From positions 2,336,001 to 2,400,000 of the forward strand of contig OZ244170.1 of assembly GCA_965216565.1 (NCBI GenBank): DNA of 64,000 nt, read 5' to 3'. Below the pieces are notes generated by a model that did not search any database, had not been told where the DNA came from, and saw nothing but the letters and a program-made list of their open reading frames with translations. The position numbers and the translations under genes are program-made. Below are positions 28,933 through 38,302 of the stretch, one piece after another. The stretch's first letter is position 1. Each line of letters begins with the position of its first letter. The stretch is from Bythopirellula sp. (GTDB taxonomy: Bacteria > Planctomycetota > Planctomycetia > Pirellulales > Lacipirellulaceae).

Positions 28933-29565
28933 CTACGCCTGCTCTTCTTTTCTTCGTAACACGCCGGCAGTGATGGCAAAACGAACTAGCTCGGCAAGGG
29001 AGTCAGCCCCCATTTTCTGGAAAATCTTTTGACGATGGTTTTCGACGGTCCGAATACTGACATCTAGCTTTCGAGCTACTACTTTATTGGCGTCGCCCGC
29101 CACAATGAATTCCAAAACTTGGCGTTCCTTGGGCGTAAGCGTTTCGAGTCGTTGCATGATCGAGCCACGATGCTGCTCCATCTCCCAGTTTTTCACATCA
29201 TTGGCCAGGCCAGTCCGGATGGCGTCCCATAGTTCGTCGTCGTCACATGGTTTTTCCATGAGTGTCAGCGCACCGTTTCGCATGGCTCGCACTGTAGTGG
29301 GTGTCGTGGCGAAAGCGGTCAGTACGACTACTGATATTGTGACGCCTCGATCTGAAAGTTGTTCCTGCAACTCAAGCCCACTCATCCCGAGCATACGGAC
29401 ATCAGTTACCAAGCAAGCGGGTCGATGACCTTCGTAGGCTTCGAGAAACTCTTCCGCTGAGGCAAAGCCTTCACTCGGGACACCCATAGCACTAACCAGT
29501 GCCATTACCGCCTTGCGAACTTGCTGATCGTCGTCAACGACATAGACAATTGCATTCTCGATCAT
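28933..29565 (-). CDS. FixJ/TodT-type response regulator (REC + LuxR HTH)
   Basis: VVDDD, VTDVRM, EKP and LTPKERQV...NKVVA...RTVENHR motifs. ATGA overlap with the kinase. Confidence 0.92.
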   Translation of the reverse strand: MIENAIVYVVDDDQQVRKAVMALVSAMGVPSEGFASAEEFLEAYEGHRPACLVTDVRMLGMSGLELQEQLSDRGVTISVVVLTAFATTPTTVRAMRNGALTLMEKPCDDDELWDAIRTGLANDVKNWEMEQHRGSIMQRLETLTPKERQVLEFIVAGDANKVVARKLDVSIRTVENHRQKIFQKMGADSLAELVRFAITAGVLRRKEEQA

Positions 29566-31142
29566 GAGTTATTTCTCTTAGGGATAGGTAAGGATACCAC
29601 GAATGTCGCTCCTGGGCCTGTGTTAGAAAAGGCACTGATCTTTCCCCCATGTGCCTCCGCAATAGTTTGGCATAAAGAAAGGCCCATGCCCATGCCGTGG
29701 GGCTTCGTCGTGTAGAAAGCGTCAAAGAGCCGTTGTTTTTGCTCGTCGGAGATACCGCAGCCCGCATCGCAAAACGAAAGTTCAACATTTTGCTTGTCCG
29801 ACTTGGTTGAAATCACCAAGTTTCTTCGTTGTTCTGGCACCTCGTTCATCGCGTCGTAGGCATTGATAAGCATATTGATGCATACCTGCACTAGTTGCAC
29901 TTGATCGCCGCGTACAGTGGGCAAATCGACTGACAAGTCCCAATGCAATCGTGCACCAGCGCGTCCTGTTTCAAACGATATTATCTCTGCAGCTTCTTGG
30001 ACAATGTCATTGAGGTCAAGAGACTCGAATTGAATCGGCTTTGGTTTCGTGAAAGTCCGCAGATGACGTATTATTTTTGCCGTGCGAGATACGGCTTCGG
30101 AGATTTCCTGCATGCAGTCTTTAGCCCGGGCGCTGCCTTCGGCTGTTCCGCTGTCGAGGCTCCTTCTCGCTGCTTCTGCAAATGTTTTTGCCGCGTGCAA
30201 TGGCTGATGAACTTCGTGAGCGATACCTGCCACTAACTCGCCCATCGTGGCAAGTCTGGATACATGAGCTAGATAAGCTTCCCGCTCGCGAATTGTATCG
30301 GCAGCTTCCTTTAAGTCAGTTATGTCGCGGCCAACAGACTGGTACTCTTCCAGATTCCCTTGGTCATCGAACAACGCGCGATTCGTCCAGTGATTCCAAC
30401 CAATCGATCCATCGGGACGGTAGACGCGATGCTCGCTCGTGATCGAGGGCCTTTCTGGCGTCAGCGATGCGATTTCTCGCTCCACTCGTGCGCGGTCGTC
30501 CTCGTGGATGGTTGGGATGAAGGTCGATCCGACAAGTTCGTTACGCGACTTATGGACATACCGACAGTAAGCCTCGTTGACGAACGTGTATTTTCCGCCG
30601 GGTAACCATCTGGCGATAAACTCTGTTTGGTCTTCAACGACGTTTCGGTACCGCGACTCACTCTCCTTCAGCTTCTCGTTAATTCGGATCAATTCGGCCG
30701 TCCGCTCGGCAACGCGTTGCTCGAGGTCCTTCTTTAGTCGCTGCAACTCTTCTGCTGTCCGCGTTTCCGTCGTGATGTCCTTGGCGATTCCTTCCATCGC
30801 CCGATAGTTTCCCGCCTCGTCAAAGAGAGCATGTTCCTGAACTTCGAGCAAACGTGTGCTGCCATCCGCGTGCGTTACTTCCAAATCGAACTTGAAGAAT
30901 GCGGTCCCAGCTTCGACAGCTTGCTGCACTTGTTCGGCTGTTTGGCGCCCGCGATTCTGCTCGCCTACCCACTCTCGCCAATTGTGCCCTAGCATTTCCT
31001 CAGGACGAAATCCCAGAACTTGTTCTACGGAGGGACTGATAAAAGTGATTTCACCTACCGGAGCATGGGTGTAAAAGATGTAGTCGCCGATTGCGGTCGG
31101 CAACATCTCGCTCCAGGTATCTGGTCTTTGATCAGTCGACAT
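29562..31142 (-). CDS. Cytoplasmic two-PAS sensor histidine kinase (FixL-like HisKA)
   Basis: Two PAS/PAC (KDIT, RDIT), H-box GIAHEVHQPL, N box, DAGCGI and FYTTKPHGMGMGL. No TM segments. Confidence 0.92.
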   Translation of the reverse strand: MSTDQRPDTWSEMLPTAIGDYIFYTHAPVGEITFISPSVEQVLGFRPEEMLGHNWREWVGEQNRGRQTAEQVQQAVEAGTAFFKFDLEVTHADGSTRLLEVQEHALFDEAGNYRAMEGIAKDITTETRTAEELQRLKKDLEQRVAERTAELIRINEKLKESESRYRNVVEDQTEFIARWLPGGKYTFVNEAYCRYVHKSRNELVGSTFIPTIHEDDRARVEREIASLTPERPSITSEHRVYRPDGSIGWNHWTNRALFDDQGNLEEYQSVGRDITDLKEAADTIREREAYLAHVSRLATMGELVAGIAHEVHQPLHAAKTFAEAARRSLDSGTAEGSARAKDCMQEISEAVSRTAKIIRHLRTFTKPKPIQFESLDLNDIVQEAAEIISFETGRAGARLHWDLSVDLPTVRGDQVQLVQVCINMLINAYDAMNEVPEQRRNLVISTKSDKQNVELSFCDAGCGISDEQKQRLFDAFYTTKPHGMGMGLSLCQTIAEAHGGKISAFSNTGPGATFVVSLPIPKRNNS

Positions 31143-31241
31143 CCGAAGACAAACTTATAAGAAAAGAAGAGGAACAACTCATTTCATTGTAGCTAAAATC
31201 AGCCCAGCTGTGGGCCCCGTTATTCTCAGCCGACTGGCCTT

Positions 31242-32531
31242 TTAAACTACCAATTCGGCATAGAGTGATAACGTTTGTTGTGCCATCTCTGCAGAATGAT
31301 ACCGATCTTCTACCGCCAACCGTCCCGAGCTGCCCAGTTGTTCCGCCTTCACTGGATTAGATATTATCTCAGCTAAGGTGTTGGCCAGATCGGTGGAGTT
31401 CTCCGGCTCGTGGAGTAGGCCCGCCTGAGTGTCGGTGATCAACTCGGTGAACGAACCATGGTTGGGTAACACGACTGGGACGCCATTGGCCATAGCTTCC
31501 AGAGCAGGGAGGCCCTTGCTTTCGCGATAGATAGTCGGTGTGCTGAAAACGTGGAGTGATTGGATAAATGCTATCTTTTGGGCTCGATCTAGCTCGCCCA
31601 CGTAGCGAAATCGACCGGCAAGGGGCCCCTCACTAACGCGCTGTTGGATCTCTGCCAAGTAGGGGCGATCGCGACTGCCTAAATAGCCTGCCGCGTGAAG
31701 CTCGAGTGCAACGAATTCTGGACGTTCCGCTAATTGCTCGCAGGCATCTACTAGCAGATGCAGTCCTTTCTCGTGACAGACGCGTGCCAGATAACCGATG
31801 CGCGGTGCGCTCGACAAATTCTCAGCGGCCCGCTGCGAGTGCCCCTCCAAATTCAGACCGTGCGGAATGACACGAATCTTTTGCCGCTCAACTGAAAGAT
31901 AGTCAGACATGAAATTTGCATAGTATTCATTCAATGCCACAAAGGCGTGGACGTCGGCTACACGTTCGCGCAATAGCTGCCTCACTTGTTGATAGTATGG
32001 TGGCGAAAGCTGTTCGATAAAGATGTCCTCACCCGAAAGTGAGCAGACAACCGGCGGACCACAACGTTCGGCAATCATACGAGCCAGTCCGAGCATCATC
32101 GAATTCGAGAGGTGCACCACGTCCGGCTTGACTTCGTCAATCAGCCAATCGACGAGGGCTTCCAATTCCTTTAATTGATTGCCACTTTCGCCACGTAGCA
32201 TTGAGACAGTCAAATCGCCTAACTGACTAGGATCGACACTGTCGGCCCGCCCCGATAATTGCCGCAGAATGGCAGGATGATCGAGCCAGCGATCTATCCA
32301 CCTCGGCAGGTGACGAAACAATTTCCACTTCTGCTGCAGGTAGACGTTGATTCCCCCAAAGAAGACGCGTTGTTCACTGACATCGGATTCGTCGGTTCGG
32401 ATTGGGGTATAGATGGGGACTAATACGACGTCCTCGCCCATCTTCAGCATTTGAGCTGCCAAGGTGTTGTCGTGCAGACAACTGCCGCAATACATTCCCG
32501 CGGCACCAGCAGCTAGATAGGCGATTCGCAT
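31242..32531 (-). CDS. GT4 glycosyltransferase with N-terminal GMYCGSC motif
   Basis: ARVCHEKG and ESKGLPALEAMANG (EX7E) motifs. Start at MRIAYL. Confidence 0.88.
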   Translation of the reverse strand: MRIAYLAAGAAGMYCGSCLHDNTLAAQMLKMGEDVVLVPIYTPIRTDESDVSEQRVFFGGINVYLQQKWKLFRHLPRWIDRWLDHPAILRQLSGRADSVDPSQLGDLTVSMLRGESGNQLKELEALVDWLIDEVKPDVVHLSNSMMLGLARMIAERCGPPVVCSLSGEDIFIEQLSPPYYQQVRQLLRERVADVHAFVALNEYYANFMSDYLSVERQKIRVIPHGLNLEGHSQRAAENLSSAPRIGYLARVCHEKGLHLLVDACEQLAERPEFVALELHAAGYLGSRDRPYLAEIQQRVSEGPLAGRFRYVGELDRAQKIAFIQSLHVFSTPTIYRESKGLPALEAMANGVPVVLPNHGSFTELITDTQAGLLHEPENSTDLANTLAEIISNPVKAEQLGSSGRLAVEDRYHSAEMAQQTLSLYAELVV

Positions 32532-32579
32532 GAGAATGACTAACCACAGAGGCTCGAAGGGCACGGAAACTACTTGATA

Positions 32580-34139
32580 CTAAGAAGCCTCGGAAAAAAA
32601 CTTTTCCAGGGTCGCTGCTTTCGGACGCTTAGTAATCAGAGAGACAGCAACTAATGCAATGGTCGAAGCAGTAAATATGGCGGCTACTGGCATGATTTCG
32701 TAAACGCTTTCGCCAAGAGAAATGTTCAGAGAATATGTGCGGTTCTTTCCAAACCCAGATAGGTAGAACAAATAACCCCATGTCGTGGTGGCCGCCAATA
32801 TACTGGCAATGGCTCCGGCCTTGGTGAGGCGTTGCCAATAGACAGACGCAAATATGAGAGGAAACAGAGAGGAAAAACCAGAGAAACACCAAACCGCCAA
32901 GGCGAACACACTGCGGTTGTTCGAGAGACTCATCAGATAGGTCAGTATGACAATGCAGATGATGAATCCTCGCGTAGTTACCACTTGGCCGCGATCGCTG
33001 AGAGGTTTGCTTCGATAATGGTTCACAACATCAGTACTAAACATGGTCCCCAGACAGAGGAACTGACTATCCAGGCTAGACATGATCGCTGCTAGAATTC
33101 CCGCAGTGAGTAGCCCCCCCAACACCGGCGTGGTTTGGGTTTTGACCAAGAACGGTAGAATCGCGTTTGGATTCTTCGGCAGAGGAGGTGCGGAAGGGAC
33201 CAAACTCGTTGTGGCCCACACTCCTACTAGGACGCAAGGCACCCAGACGATCATGATAAATAGCGGATGAGCCACGACAGGAAGCTTGAATGAGTTGGCA
33301 CTCTTGGCAGTCAACCAATGTTGAAACAAGTGGGGAAACATACCTACGGATAGCGGTATGAGCATATAAGTGAAAAACTTTGTCTTCGACATCTCTACTC
33401 GAGTAGCTTTGTCGAGTGGAATCGCTTCACCGAGTATCTCCAAGTTCTCAAACAGAGTCGACTTGCCACCCAGTTTATTGGCAATCACGCAAAAGGTGAC
33501 AATTCCGAGCACCATGAAGACCATCGTTTGAAAGGCATTGGCCCACGCAGTCCCCCGCATCCCCCCCATAAACACGTAGCAGAGGACAACCAAACAAATT
33601 ACCAACGAACCAATTTGCGGCGGGACACCGCCATGGGTGGCGGGACTATCAGTGGCAAACATCGCCAAATCGGGATACGCGCCGGCTGTCATGCTCTGGA
33701 TGACAATTCCCCCGGACATCACTCCGATCAACAAGTAAGGAATCACCAATCCCACGAGGATAGGAAACAACAGAATCCCGATAAAATCACTGTCGAGCCT
33801 TTCTCGAAAATACTCGATTTGCGTCGTGTAGCCATGCTCTTTCGCAATGGCCCAGACTTTCACCCCGATTAGGAAGAAGCAAAGGGAATGAATAATTCCG
33901 CTTGAGGAGGCTAACATTCCATAGACGCCGATTCCTTCTTTGAATGCTTCGCCGCTCGATCCCACCAAAGCAAAGGCTGTCATCGTCGTTCCGAATAACG
34001 ACATGAGCAACAGGAACGGCCCAATCGAGTGACTCGCTAGTTGGTAATCTGATTTTGTCCCAGAAAAAAACCGACTCGCCACGTAACCCAGTAAGAGCAG
34101 TAATCCCAAATAACCAGCGATAATCCAGAGCTGCGTCAA
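32580..34139 (-). CDS. Sodium:solute symporter (SSS) family transporter
   Basis: Many TM helices, GGMRGTAW and AAIMSSLDSQ motifs. TTG start overlaps the upstream TGA. Confidence 0.9.
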   Translation of the reverse strand: MTQLWIIAGYLGLLLLLGYVASRFFSGTKSDYQLASHSIGPFLLLMSLFGTTMTAFALVGSSGEAFKEGIGVYGMLASSSGIIHSLCFFLIGVKVWAIAKEHGYTTQIEYFRERLDSDFIGILLFPILVGLVIPYLLIGVMSGGIVIQSMTAGAYPDLAMFATDSPATHGGVPPQIGSLVICLVVLCYVFMGGMRGTAWANAFQTMVFMVLGIVTFCVIANKLGGKSTLFENLEILGEAIPLDKATRVEMSKTKFFTYMLIPLSVGMFPHLFQHWLTAKSANSFKLPVVAHPLFIMIVWVPCVLVGVWATTSLVPSAPPLPKNPNAILPFLVKTQTTPVLGGLLTAGILAAIMSSLDSQFLCLGTMFSTDVVNHYRSKPLSDRGQVVTTRGFIICIVILTYLMSLSNNRSVFALAVWCFSGFSSLFPLIFASVYWQRLTKAGAIASILAATTTWGYLFYLSGFGKNRTYSLNISLGESVYEIMPVAAIFTASTIALVAVSLITKRPKAATLEKFFSEAS

Positions 34140-34345
34140 TTGCCGCTCCTTTTCGCATCGTCGATCTTAGGCCAATAGAACTTGATCGCCCAAAACCAAA
34201 GTGCACTTGCAGCAATCGAAATACAGGTGTGGTAAAAGAGCCCCACTGGCAGGAAGCCGAAGACCAACCGATCGTCCGTCCAAAACCAATTGTCTTGGTG
34301 CAAGACAATTAGAACTAAGACCATTGCCCACAATTTCACTGGCAT
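34136..34345 (-). CDS. Small two-TM SSS partner (DUF3311-like)
   Basis: LHQDNWFWTDDRLVFGFLPVGLFYH. Translationally coupled to the SSS gene, as is typical of such partners. Confidence 0.8.
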   Translation of the reverse strand: MPVKLWAMVLVLIVLHQDNWFWTDDRLVFGFLPVGLFYHTCISIAASALWFWAIKFYWPKIDDAKRSGN

Positions 34346-34481
34346 CGAAGGTAGATCGCTTGGTTCGGAGGGCCGGGTGGGTCCTAGGACTGAGCCGAAC
34401 GAGAAGTTCGATCGTCCACTACGCTGGTCACAAGCTAGCAGATCAAGCACAAGAATTGAAGACCGGGCCACTCGTGGCCCA

Positions 34482-35720
34482 TTAGTCCGGCAAGCTGCCG
34501 CCGCGATTGCGGATCCAAGGATAAAGATCCTCAAATATTTCTCCGGTGCGGCCACTAAAGACTCGTCCAATCAGCAAATCGACCAACTCTTCCTGATGGT
34601 GCGGAAACTCTTGCAAGAACCGGCCGACGCGAAACTCTCCCGAGTAGAAGGCATGAACAAGCTTTCGAATCAATCCAGTCTGCTTAGAAAACTCGGGCAC
34701 CCATGACCCGAGCGCGTTGGCAGTTGTGTCGTTGTTCTTAATCGCACCAATAATACAATCTGCGGCGAGTTCCCCCGACTTTAACGCGAAGTAAACGCCC
34801 GAAGAATAGACAGGATCAATAAATCCCCAGGCATCTCCCACCAATACCCAACCGTCGCCGGCAGAACGACTGGTCGTATAAGAAAACTCTTTGGCCACCT
34901 TCATTTCGTTAACAGGCTCTGCTTCGTGAAGCCAACAACAAAGTGTGGGACACAATTGCTGCTCTTCTTCAAATACTTGCTGGGGTGTGCCGCGTCCTTT
35001 CAGTAAGTAGTCTCGGTCTCCCACCACGCCGACACTCACCATATTGTTGGACTGAGGAATGTACCAGAACCAGGATTTCTTTTCTGCGGTATGCATAATA
35101 ACTGTCTTCACACCGCCGCCAGCCTCGTCGCGATAGGCTCCGCGATAGTGGCACCAGATGGCTGCTTTTTTCAGATGAGGATTGACGGTACGCAATCCCT
35201 TCTTTGTAGCGACGACCGACTGCTGGCCGCTGGCGTCGACGATCACCTGCGCATAGATTTCTTGAATTTCGCCTGAAGGTACTTGAACCTTCACACCAAC
35301 CGCTCGCTCATCTTTGAAGATCACATCGACCACGCGCGTTCGATCCTGGCAGGTCGCTCCGAGGGACGCCGCATTCTCGAATAACATCTGGTCAAACTCA
35401 GCACGATCTACATGCCAAGTTTGTGTAGATTCGTGCGGATCGTGATTGCGGAAAAAAAACGGTGCCGATTCTTTACCCGCGTCGCTGACAAACTGAACGC
35501 CAACTTTTTGAGACCAAGCACTCTGCTTGAGCCGCTCGAGAACCCCAAGCCGTTGGAAAACCCAATACGTCTCCGGCATCAAGGACTCACCCACATGTTG
35601 GCGGGGCATAGACTCACGTTCGAGCTGAAGAACTTGAAAACCACCTTGGGCAACGAGGGCGGCTGTCGTTGAACCCGCGGGGCCGCCGCCAATGACAATG
35701 CAGTCGTATTGAGAATTCAT
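34482..35720 (-). CDS. Flavin-dependent halogenase-like/geranylgeranyl-reductase-family FAD oxidoreductase
   Basis: GGGPAG, HVGES, Lys in SQKVG, WFWYIP (WxWxIP) and GDAWGFIDPVYSSG motifs. Confidence 0.8.
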   Translation of the reverse strand: MNSQYDCIVIGGGPAGSTTAALVAQGGFQVLQLERESMPRQHVGESLMPETYWVFQRLGVLERLKQSAWSQKVGVQFVSDAGKESAPFFFRNHDPHESTQTWHVDRAEFDQMLFENAASLGATCQDRTRVVDVIFKDERAVGVKVQVPSGEIQEIYAQVIVDASGQQSVVATKKGLRTVNPHLKKAAIWCHYRGAYRDEAGGGVKTVIMHTAEKKSWFWYIPQSNNMVSVGVVGDRDYLLKGRGTPQQVFEEEQQLCPTLCCWLHEAEPVNEMKVAKEFSYTTSRSAGDGWVLVGDAWGFIDPVYSSGVYFALKSGELAADCIIGAIKNNDTTANALGSWVPEFSKQTGLIRKLVHAFYSGEFRVGRFLQEFPHHQEELVDLLIGRVFSGRTGEIFEDLYPWIRNRGGSLPD

Positions 35721-35742
35721 GAGAAATGTGTACCGGCGCCAG

Positions 35743-36267
35743 TCATGAGAGGGCGATTTCCAGTAACTCCACCAGAACTTCGCCCTCCATCAATATCCTA
35801 GCAGTGCGACCAAAAACGGGAACCTCCGGATTGCACAAGAGATGGGTCTGCAACTCCTCCCCCGGTTGGACACGCCAGAGCTGGCACAATTCAACTTCTC
35901 GCAACAAATGATGACGAATCATGATTCGCCCTAAGGGCAATGCGCGCGATTCAATCTCCATACGAACAATTTCTGGCAGGCTAGCCAGATTAATCCGCAT
36001 GATCCCAAATTGCACAGGAGTTCCGTCGCGTTGGCGAGTTAAAACGATCCGCCGCGCGTATTTGTCCTTTTCTTGGACGGCTTCCAAGACATGAACGTCA
36101 ACCAAGCTATTGTGCCAGGCCTCGACGGTCACCGTCATATGATCAGTATGAGCTAGGAGTGAGGCGTACTGCTGTGATAGCTCGTCAGCCTCGACAGGCG
36201 TGAACTCTCCCACCTTATCGCGGGAAGAATAAAACTGCTTGATTAATGAGTCGAGTTGATCGTCCAC
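35743..36267 (-). CDS. Chorismate lyase (UbiC)-like/UTRA-fold protein
   Basis: LLAHTDHMTVTVE, YARRIVL, PLGRIM, and FGRTARI...LVELLE pattern resembling the chorismate-lyase fold. Confidence 0.55.
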   Translation of the reverse strand: MDDQLDSLIKQFYSSRDKVGEFTPVEADELSQQYASLLAHTDHMTVTVEAWHNSLVDVHVLEAVQEKDKYARRIVLTRQRDGTPVQFGIMRINLASLPEIVRMEIESRALPLGRIMIRHHLLREVELCQLWRVQPGEELQTHLLCNPEVPVFGRTARILMEGEVLVELLEIALS

Positions 36268-36338
36268 AATTCATCACAAGGGGGGAAGTAATCGGTGATC
36301 CAACCACTTAGACCATGTGGTTGAAGATTGAAACCAGT

Positions 36339-38180
36339 CTAAGTGGGAAGCGTTGGTTGAATGATGTTCAGTTGCGCTTCGGCAGGCCGTTCTAGTACCG
36401 TATCGACCAAATAGTAGAGTAAGCGACGAAGATTGTCTGGCGAAGTATCATCGGCAATTCGTTCGGCGCGTTCCTGGTACTTGTCGACTAAGGCATTGGC
36501 TTTTTCGAATACATCGGCTTGGCGGTAAAGGTGCTCGACTCGCGACAAGCGTTTCGTTGAATCTTCGGTTGAGTTGGCTAGCTCGATTAATTCCTGCTGA
36601 TCTGCGTTGGACAATTCTTCCAAGGCTAGGGCCCACAGTAGGGTGGGGCGACCCGCCAGTGCATCGAGCCCCGCAGCCAGCTTATTGTCTTGATCTCCCT
36701 GCCAATCTTTTAAGTCGTTGAGAATCTGAAATGCGATGCCCATGTACTTGGAAAACTGCTTCATCGGCTCGGCCAATTCACCCAACGGACCGGCACAGCG
36801 AAGTCCTCCCAGCAAAGCAGCTTCAAATGCTGGGGCCGTCTTAAGGGCATAGATTTTCAAGGCATCCAGAGGCGCGAGACGTTTGTCGTGCGAGTCTCTC
36901 CACAACAGTTCCGCGCCCTGACCCTCCGACAACCGCAAATGGGCATCCGCCAATTGGTCTAGTACGTCGCAAACCACTTCCGTCCCCAAGCTGCCCGATT
37001 CTCGACTGACAAGACGATATCCCAAACCGATCATGTAATCGCCGACATTGATGGCCGTGGACACTCCATGTTGACGATGGAGTGTTGGATTTCCATAGCG
37101 GAACTCATCGCCATCCTCGATGTCATCGTGCACCAGCGAAGCTTTGTGAAATGTTTCGATCGACAGAGCCACGCGGCGGACAGCGTCTGGTAGTTCGGCC
37201 AAATGCTCGGCCCCGGTGGGCAGCGTCCCTTCGCCGCCGGTCATCGCATCGTAAGCGGCCAGGGTGATGAAAGGCCGGGCATATTTGCCGCCTTGGCCAA
37301 GAAAATCTTGAGAGATCGTCTCCGTAGCGGCGATGGGATCGAGTCCAGCGGCGCCCTGACCATTGACTTCAACCAGGCTAGGTCCGCCCCGCTGTCGGGG
37401 AGCCAATCGCTGAAGGGTCGCGGGTTCAAACAGTCCTTTCGCTTCTCTCAACAAATGTAAATACGTGCTGCTCCGTTTCGGTGCCTGATCTTGTCGCACA
37501 TGAATCATCTCGTGTACCCAGTCTTCATCCACAGACGTATTTCGACAATCGCTGGAGAGAAGCGGCACCGCCATGCAAGGAATGCCAGCCAGGAGTACCT
37601 TGTCGATGGCTTTCTCAAGCACATTCAAGCAAGCCACGCCGACGATGGCATCGACATAGCCGCTGACAATGATTTTCATCACGATGGGAGAGCCTTCGGC
37701 CACAAGCACCTTGTAGCCCATCTCTTCGCCGATTGTTCGATAGTCGGCAATGCTGCATGCCCCACACTGCTTGCAGTCGAGGCCAAACTGATCGTAATCG
37801 GCCGGACAACCCTCGGCATGCTTCAGACAATGGGGTAGCAGGAGCAAACGACGCGAAGGCGGGACCGCAGCAACTTGATCTCGCCAAAACTCCGAGGCGA
37901 GCACCACCATCGTCCAACCGAGCAGTCCCTCGGGGAGTTCGAGTTCGTCGAGAATCTTTCGAGAAACCCACTCCAGGTCGTCCTTGGTGGGTGAAAGATC
38001 GGCGTCCATCTGCCGCGACACTTGTTGGCAGTGCTCGCGGAGGCGAACTCGTAGCTCCAGAGATTCCGGAACATCCTTAAGATGACTCGTGCGGCGACGA
38101 TTGCCACGGGCAGTCGAGTTAGCAGCCCGCCCCGTGGCAGACTGACTGGGGAGGGTCAGCTTATCAGACAACAACGACAC
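36339..38180 (-). CDS. DUF116 + polyprenyl diphosphate synthase fusion
   Basis: Cys-rich DUF116 (LPHCL, CKQCGAC, GVAC), FARM SLVHDDIEDG...R, GQ, KT and FQILNDLKD. GTG start after AGGAGG. Confidence 0.88.
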   Translation of the reverse strand: MSLLSDKLTLPSQSATGRAANSTARGNRRRTSHLKDVPESLELRVRLREHCQQVSRQMDADLSPTKDDLEWVSRKILDELELPEGLLGWTMVVLASEFWRDQVAAVPPSRRLLLLPHCLKHAEGCPADYDQFGLDCKQCGACSIADYRTIGEEMGYKVLVAEGSPIVMKIIVSGYVDAIVGVACLNVLEKAIDKVLLAGIPCMAVPLLSSDCRNTSVDEDWVHEMIHVRQDQAPKRSSTYLHLLREAKGLFEPATLQRLAPRQRGGPSLVEVNGQGAAGLDPIAATETISQDFLGQGGKYARPFITLAAYDAMTGGEGTLPTGAEHLAELPDAVRRVALSIETFHKASLVHDDIEDGDEFRYGNPTLHRQHGVSTAINVGDYMIGLGYRLVSRESGSLGTEVVCDVLDQLADAHLRLSEGQGAELLWRDSHDKRLAPLDALKIYALKTAPAFEAALLGGLRCAGPLGELAEPMKQFSKYMGIAFQILNDLKDWQGDQDNKLAAGLDALAGRPTLLWALALEELSNADQQELIELANSTEDSTKRLSRVEHLYRQADVFEKANALVDKYQERAERIADDTSPDNLRRLLYYLVDTVLERPAEAQLNIIQPTLPT

Positions 38181-38302
38181 CAACTCCTCCTTTCCGTTCG
38201 AACGTCGTCTCGTGCCCTGTTTCAATCGTGGGCTAAATCCAGCGAATCGGCCTCATCACAGATCCGCCTCAAGTTTCCATCGTTAGCATAGCAAAACTAG
38301 GG

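Noticed and set aside
34346..34570. Longer start for the DUF3311-like ORF
   Set aside because: Overlaps the flavoprotein gene. Only the last ~69 aa look like the family.
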